This document shows, piece by piece, positions 59,087 to 64,000 of a stretch of DNA of 64,000 nucleotides. A program made the translations under genes and the position numbers. Position 1 is the first letter of the stretch. Every line of letters begins with the position of its first letter. Source of the stretch: an uncultured Holophaga sp. (lineage in GTDB: Bacteria > Acidobacteriota > Holophagae > Holophagales > Holophagaceae); the NCBI GenBank assembly GCA_963664825.1, contig OY761614.1, forward strand, positions 1,504,001 through 1,568,000. The letters are read 5' to 3'. The notes beneath the pieces are model-generated. The model did not search any database and was not told the DNA's origin. It saw only the letters and a program-made list of their open reading frames with translations.

Positions 59087-60088
59087 ATGGCTCTGTTTGA
59101 AAGCTACGAACGCAGAATCCCCCAGATCGAAAAGGTGCTGGCCCAGTACGGCCTCAAGTCCCTGGAAGAGGCCAAGGCCATGAGCGAGGCCAAGGGCGTC
59201 GATGTCTATGGCATCGTCAAGGGCATCCAGAACCTCGCCTTCGAGAACGCCTGCTGGGCCTACATCCTGGGTGCCGCTATCGCCCTCAAGAAGGGCCAGA
59301 CCAAGGCCGTGGACATCGCCCTTTCCCTAGGCGAGGGCATGCAGGCCTTCTGCATTCCCGGCTCCGTGGCCGATGATCGCAAGGTGGGCCTGGGCCACGG
59401 CAACCTGGCTTCCAGGCTGCTCAAGGAAGAGACCAAGTGCTTCGCCTTCCTGGCGGGCCACGAATCCTTCGCCGCCGCCGAAGGGGCCATCGGCCTGGCC
59501 CGCAGCGCAAACAAGGCCCGCAAGGAGCCCCTGCGGGTGATCCTCAACGGCCTGGGCAAGGATGCCGCCCAGATCATCAGCCGCATCAACGGCTTCACCT
59601 ACGTTCAGACGAAGTTCGACTACGCGACCGGCAAACTGGCCATCGTGAAAGAGATCGCCTACTCCAAGGGCGAGAAGGCCAAGGTGCGCTGCTTCGGCGC
59701 CGATGATGTGCGCGAAGGGGTGGCCATCAACCATCACGAGGGCGTGGACGTGTCCATCACAGGCAATTCCACCAACCCCACCCGCTTCCAGCATCCGGTG
59801 GCAGGCACCTACAAGAAGGAATGCCAGGAACAGGGCAAGCCCTACTTCTCGGTAGCTTCGGGTGGTGGCACCGGCCGCACACTGCATCCGGACAACATGG
59901 GCGCCGGTCCTGCCTCCTACGGCATGACCGATACCATGGGCCGCATGCACAGTGACGCCCAGTTCGCCGGGTCCTCCTCCGTGCCCGCCCACGTGGAGAT
60001 GATGGGTTTCCTGGGCATGGGCAATAACCCCATGGTGGGAGCCTCCGTGGCCGTGGCCGTGGCGCTGGAAACGGCCCAGAAGGGATAG
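59087..60088 (+). CDS. GGGtGRT-family protein
   Basis: MALFESYERR and the signature FSVASGGGTGRTLHPD. Confidence 0.92.
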   Translation: MALFESYERRIPQIEKVLAQYGLKSLEEAKAMSEAKGVDVYGIVKGIQNLAFENACWAYILGAAIALKKGQTKAVDIALSLGEGMQAFCIPGSVADDRKVGLGHGNLASRLLKEETKCFAFLAGHESFAAAEGAIGLARSANKARKEPLRVILNGLGKDAAQIISRINGFTYVQTKFDYATGKLAIVKEIAYSKGEKAKVRCFGADDVREGVAINHHEGVDVSITGNSTNPTRFQHPVAGTYKKECQEQGKPYFSVASGGGTGRTLHPDNMGAGPASYGMTDTMGRMHSDAQFAGSSSVPAHVEMMGFLGMGNNPMVGASVAVAVALETAQKG

Positions 60089-60100
60089 TTCCGCCGGGAG

Positions 60101-60619
60101 CTATTTCAAGCGCAGCGGGCAACCCGCCACCAGGAGCCAGGCCTCGTCCGCTTCCCGCGCCGTGGCCTGGCTCAGCCATCCCGCCAGGTCTCGGAAGCGG
60201 CGGAGCCCGGGTTCAGCGGGTACCAGGGACCAGCCCACTTCGTTGCCCACGATGACCGTGGGCCAGGGCGCCTGCTTGAAGTGTTCCAGCAGGCGCTGCC
60301 AGCCCTCCAGGATGCCTTCGTCGGAGGCCTCCAGGCGCCCCGCCAGCCATACCGTGAGGCAGTCCAGCACCAGACCCGAGGGGGGTGGGTCCAGGTGGGC
60401 CAGGGCCGCGGCGAGATCTCCTGGGGCCTCCAGCGTGCGCCAGGTGGTGGGGCGTTCCTCCCGGTGGCGCCGCACCCGGTCTGCCATCTCGGCATCCTCA
60501 GGGTCCACGTGATAGGTGGCGGCGTAGACCACCCCTTCTCCCCAGCCCCGGGCGAGATTAAGGGCGAAGCGGCTCTTGCCACTGCGCACGGGTCCTGTGA
60601 CGAAATGAAGGCTTCCCAT
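60101..60619 (-). CDS. cobU: Adenosylcobinamide kinase/guanylyltransferase
   Basis: TGPVRSGKS, EMADRV..H...R, LDCLT.W, NEVG, FRD and VAG.P. Confidence 0.92.
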   Translation of the reverse strand: MGSLHFVTGPVRSGKSRFALNLARGWGEGVVYAATYHVDPEDAEMADRVRRHREERPTTWRTLEAPGDLAAALAHLDPPPSGLVLDCLTVWLAGRLEASDEGILEGWQRLLEHFKQAPWPTVIVGNEVGWSLVPAEPGLRRFRDLAGWLSQATAREADEAWLLVAGCPLRLK

Positions 60620-60683
60620 GGGACATGCTAAACCCGCGACCGGGTTTCGACCCAGGTTCTAGAAAAGGGCCGGGCCCTTGCCT

Positions 60684-61175
60684 TCAGGCCGAGGCGAAGA
60701 CCTGCCGGATATCGGCCAGGAGACGGGTCAGCTCCTCTTCGGTGAGGTTCAGAGGCACCTGCTGCTTCACTTCATCCTTGCGGTAGAAGGCGATGCGCTT
60801 GAGAACCAGCTTGTCCCGGCCGATGGAGATCTCGTTGAACTGGATCTGGGTGTCGTCCTTGTAGGGGGGCAGGCTCCGGATCTGGATATACATCCCCCGC
60901 CGGTCATGGTCCACGATCTCCAGGTGTTCCCGGAGGTAGTTGACCTGCTGCGTGAGACGCTCGGCTTTGGACTTCAGTTTGGCGAAGCTCTGCTTCTTGA
61001 GGGGCTGATGTTCGAGGCTGAGATGCCCCACTTCCACCTGCAGGCCCCGCCTTCGCACGGCTCCCTCCACCATCCCATTGCGGGTTGGGTCACCGTCTTG
61101 GAAGAGTTCGAAGCCCTGAAAGTCCCCGGGAAGGCTGGTATCTTCGTAGCGCTTGGCCTTCCTGGACATCTTCAT
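60684..61175 (-). CDS. Hypothetical protein
   Basis: 163-aa ORF with GC3-rich codons and SD GGCGGAG; no family recognised. Confidence 0.7.
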   Translation of the reverse strand: MKMSRKAKRYEDTSLPGDFQGFELFQDGDPTRNGMVEGAVRRRGLQVEVGHLSLEHQPLKKQSFAKLKSKAERLTQQVNYLREHLEIVDHDRRGMYIQIRSLPPYKDDTQIQFNEISIGRDKLVLKRIAFYRKDEVKQQVPLNLTEEELTRLLADIRQVFASA

Positions 61176-61355
61176 GGCTCCGCCTTCAGAGGTTCGAACA
61201 TTCAGCAGGAAATTTCTTCCTCTTTATCGGTGCTTCCTCTGAAAATACTGAGCCGTATTTTTCATCCTGGGCGAGACGTGCCTGGAATATCCGGCAAATC
61301 CTCCCGGCTGTCGAGCCCCCCTAGAAAAATTTCACGGGCGGCGCCCCGGGAAAAA

Positions 61356-62339
61356 CTATTCGAGCCGGGTGGCCTTGGGCCATCGGACTTTATAGATCAT
61401 CCGATCCAGGGAGCGGGAAAAAGGCGTCCAATTGCCGCTCCCGGCCTCCTCCCCGATGCCGCGGAACATGCTTTCCAGCTTCCCATCCAGGTCGTCCAGG
61501 TAGTGCAGGAGCAGGGCCTCCGGGGTCTTGGGCAGCACAGGGGAACCGAATTCGAGCCGGCCATGGTGGGCAAGAACGATATGCAGGATCTGCATCTTCA
61601 GCTCTTCCGGGAAGAGAGGGATCTGGGCCATCTCCCGGGAGATCCATTCCGCTTCCATGGAGATGTGGCCGATGAGGTTGCCCGCATCGGAATATCCGAA
61701 GCTGCGCAGATAGGTGAGTTCGGACGTCTTCCCCAGATCGTGGAGGCAGACCCCCGCCATCACGAGATCCCGGTTCAGGGCCCCGTAGTGCTCGCAGGCC
61801 CGTTCCGCCATGCCCGCCACCGAGAGGGTGTGCTCCAGCAATCCTCCCAGGCAGACGTGATGGAGGCTCTTGGCGGCAGGGGCCTTGGCGAAAGCGGCCC
61901 TCAGTGTTGGGTTTTCGATGAACATGCCCTGGAGCAGCTTGCGGATCCAGGGGTCCCCGATGGAGAGGATGAGCCCATCGAGTTCGGTCAGCATCTCCTC
62001 CTGGGGACGCTTGCTCATGGGGAAGAAGTGGGAGAGATCCCCCACTTCGGCGTCTTCTGCGAAGCGGACCTTCTCCAGCCGCAGTTGCTTGCGTCCCTGG
62101 AATTCCTCCACCTTGGCCTTGAGCCTCAGGAAGACATCGGGAACGATGGCCTCGAAATCCCCCTCCACGGCCCGCAGATCCCACAGGAAGCCCTTCAGCT
62201 CGGAGCTGGAGTCCGCCACTTTCACTTCCAGGTATTCCCCCCCGCTGCGGCTGGTCTTGTAGGCCGCCTCGGTGGCCAGCAGGAAGCCGACGAAGGCGTC
62301 TCCCGCCTTGAGATCCCGGATCAGGGCTTGTTCGGACAC
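61356..62339 (-). CDS. yhaM: YhaM-like OB-fold/HD-domain 3'-5' exoribonuclease
   Basis: APAA..HH..GGLLEH, LHDLGK, GHI, HHG..EFGSP and LDDLD; GTG start with SD GAGGAG. Confidence 0.88.
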   Translation of the reverse strand: MSEQALIRDLKAGDAFVGFLLATEAAYKTSRSGGEYLEVKVADSSSELKGFLWDLRAVEGDFEAIVPDVFLRLKAKVEEFQGRKQLRLEKVRFAEDAEVGDLSHFFPMSKRPQEEMLTELDGLILSIGDPWIRKLLQGMFIENPTLRAAFAKAPAAKSLHHVCLGGLLEHTLSVAGMAERACEHYGALNRDLVMAGVCLHDLGKTSELTYLRSFGYSDAGNLIGHISMEAEWISREMAQIPLFPEELKMQILHIVLAHHGRLEFGSPVLPKTPEALLLHYLDDLDGKLESMFRGIGEEAGSGNWTPFSRSLDRMIYKVRWPKATRLE

Positions 62340-62401
62340 GGGTAACTCCTCTGGGCTGGGCCCTGGTTCACAATAACGCATGCGTCTCGGCGAGGTCCGC
62401 C

Positions 62402-62728
62402 TCAGTGATCCGAGGGGCGCTTGGGACGGGGGGCCGTGGGGTCATCCAGGGGGCCTTCATCGAAGGGCATGCGCCTCTCCTCGATGACCTCCACGAAGGA
62501 CCACTGGTCCGACTTGGCGATGGTGGCCTCAGGAAGCCCCAGGATCCGGACCTTCAGCAAACGATTGAAGACCGGGAAATCCAATTGATCCCCGGCCTTC
62601 ACTTCGAAACTGGCCTTCCGAGGGATGTCGTTCACCCGCACCATGCCCTCGTCACAGAGCTCCCGCGCCAGTTCCCGGCGCTTGAGCAGATGGGTCTTCT
62701 TGAGAAAGAGATCCAGGCGCACGCTCAT
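62402..62728 (-). CDS. S4-domain RNA-binding protein (Hsp15/RqcP-like)
   Basis: RLDLFL..LLKRR..A.ELC..G.V.VN..KAS..VK.GD. Confidence 0.85.
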   Translation of the reverse strand: MSVRLDLFLKKTHLLKRRELARELCDEGMVRVNDIPRKASFEVKAGDQLDFPVFNRLLKVRILGLPEATIAKSDQWSFVEVIEERRMPFDEGPLDDPTAPRPKRPSDH

Positions 62729-63699
62729 CCCTTCAGGATCGTTTCCTTGGGCACCTGGTAGCGGATATTGGCCCGCACCCGGAGTCCCTGCAGATAGTTC
62801 TGGATCGCGTTCTGGGCCTTGGGCTCCTGGAGCTTCTGGAGGATCTGGGGCCTGACCTCGCTGAAGGGCTTGACCACATCGTCCTCGGCGGCGATGAGCT
62901 GGATCAGGTAGATATCCTTGTCGGTCTCGATGGGCTGTGAAACCTGATCGGGCTTCATGGAGAGGGCGGCCTGCTCGATGGAGGCGCGCATCAGCCCCTT
63001 CCCGATCCATCCCAGATCACCACCCGTGGCCTTGCTGGGGCTGACGGAGTGCTCCTTGACCAGTTCCTCGAAGTTCTTACCCCCCTTGAGGGCCGTCTGG
63101 ATCTCCAGGATCTTGGCCTTGGCGGCGCTCTGTTCCTCGGGGGTGGTCCCCCGGGAGAGCACCAGCTCGCGGATCCGGAAGCGGCTGGGCAAGCGGTATT
63201 CGTCCTTGTGATCCTCGTACCAGGCCCGGAGCTCCTGATCCTCAATGGCGATCTTGGTGTAGACATCCCGGCGCAGCACTTCCTGTTGGACCATCTGCTG
63301 CTTCTGCTGCTTGATCCAGTCCGGCAGGCCGATGCCCACGCTGCCCTTGAGGGCCTTTTCGAAATCCGCATCCGTGGAGAAGTTGTATTGCTTTTTCATG
63401 TCCTCCACATAGGTGCGCATGTAGTCATCCGTGATCACGATCCCGGACTCCGGCGCCTTGTCCTGGAGGATGAAGGCGTCGATGAGGCCCTGCAGGGTCT
63501 TCTCCCGGGCCTCCCGCAGCTTCCCGTCCAGCTCCTTGCCGGAGAACTGGCGGTAGAGGGCCGCCGTATCCTGCTCCACGGCCTGCTGGAAGGCCCGGCG
63601 GGTGATGATGTGGCCGTCGACGACCACCAGGATTTCCTCGCGGACATCGGCAGCGGAAAGGACAAGGACGGGCAGGGCCGCGAGAAGGAACTTCCTCAT
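62725..63699 (-). CDS. SurA/PrsA-like parvulin peptidyl-prolyl isomerase
   Basis: Signal peptide, SurA-like N-domain, FEELVKEHS..GGDLGW..VSQPI. Confidence 0.85.
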   Translation of the reverse strand: MRKFLLAALPVLVLSAADVREEILVVVDGHIITRRAFQQAVEQDTAALYRQFSGKELDGKLREAREKTLQGLIDAFILQDKAPESGIVITDDYMRTYVEDMKKQYNFSTDADFEKALKGSVGIGLPDWIKQQKQQMVQQEVLRRDVYTKIAIEDQELRAWYEDHKDEYRLPSRFRIRELVLSRGTTPEEQSAAKAKILEIQTALKGGKNFEELVKEHSVSPSKATGGDLGWIGKGLMRASIEQAALSMKPDQVSQPIETDKDIYLIQLIAAEDDVVKPFSEVRPQILQKLQEPKAQNAIQNYLQGLRVRANIRYQVPKETILKG

Positions 63700-64000
63700 T
63701 TTTTTGCTCCGCTCTTCTTGGTGGATTTGGTCTTGGGCTGGGTCAGGGGCTGCTCAGTCTTGACGGCGCCCTCGGCGAAGCCCACATCCTTCTTGAGGCC
63801 GTCCACGTAGGCCTGGAAGACCACTTCCTGCTTGGCGGCCTGGGCCTTCTGCTGGACTTTGTCCTTGATCTTGTCGAAGGTCGGCAGTTCGGCGGCATTG
63901 CGCTTCTCGGCCTGGATGAGATGGAAGCCGAACTTGGTCTTCACCGGCTCGCCCACCTTGCCCAACTCCTGTTTGCGCACGGCCTCTTCGAATTCCGGCA
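63696..64000 (-). CDS. 3' end of a PpiC-type peptidyl-prolyl isomerase (begins beyond the window)
   Basis: PEFEEAV..VGEPVKTKFGFHLI. Confidence 0.8.
   Translation of the reverse strand, partial: PEFEEAVRKQELGKVGEPVKTKFGFHLIQAEKRNAAELPTFDKIKDKVQQKAQAAKQEVVFQAYVDGLKKDVGFAEGAVKTEQPLTQPKTKSTKKSGAKK

Noticed and set aside
57150..60088. Apparent 641-aa and 608-aa ORFs suggesting fusions
   Set aside because: The N-terminal parts are alternate-frame run-ons over upstream genes. The real starts, with SD sequences, are at 58383 and 59087.
60620..60683. Cobalamin riboswitch upstream of cobU
   Set aside because: There are only about 60 nt of intergenic sequence, and the gene appears leaderless.

Overview
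This is a GC-rich bacterial chromosomal window. Gene content suggests an anaerobic Acidobacterium of the Holophagae (Geothrix/Holophaga-like), which is an inference only. Most of it is housekeeping or signalling: an M2 peptidase, gcvPA/PB, RidA, a SWIM+SNF2 pair, rpiB, rph, a patatin-barrel protein, FMN riboswitch-ribB, UbiD, lolE/lolD, ruvX, ogt, murB, ftsQAZ, cysK/Rrf2, recA, two hybrid kinases, CPA2, CLC-F, a NifU-like/GGGtGRT pair, cobU, yhaM, an S4 protein and PPIases. The standout is a co-directional block of about 20 kb (20051-40036) between lolD and ruvX. It opens with a cytoplasmic PAS kinase and a sigma54 activator. Two sigma54 promoters follow, with identical architecture: paired GCGG-N4-CCGC sites 21 bp apart, the first exactly 110 bp upstream of the -24 TGGC. 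They precede four CYTH/triphosphate-tunnel-like proteins (one secreted, two forming a divergent paralogous subfamily), a signal-peptide-bearing family I pyrophosphatase, a histidine phosphatase, an S1/P1-like nuclease, an OprO/P porin, a DASS/SLC13 permease, two MgtC-DUF4010 paralogs, a Lys-repeat secreted protein, a DUF3616-like protein and a frameshifted chemoreceptor. A secreted metallophosphoesterase closes the block. This looks like an undescribed sigma54-controlled system for handling condensed phosphates (PPi/PPPi/polyP). Other notable points are AT-hook motifs in both the SWIM and SNF2 proteins, an 18-bp bidirectional leaderless promoter (ruvX/ogt), a GNAT-aminotransferase + PlsY pair inserted in the dcw cluster, an in-frame amber stop in a methyltransferase, and a 9-nt-periodic palindromic intergenic element. 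No rRNA, tRNA, CRISPR array, integrase or transposase was recognised.
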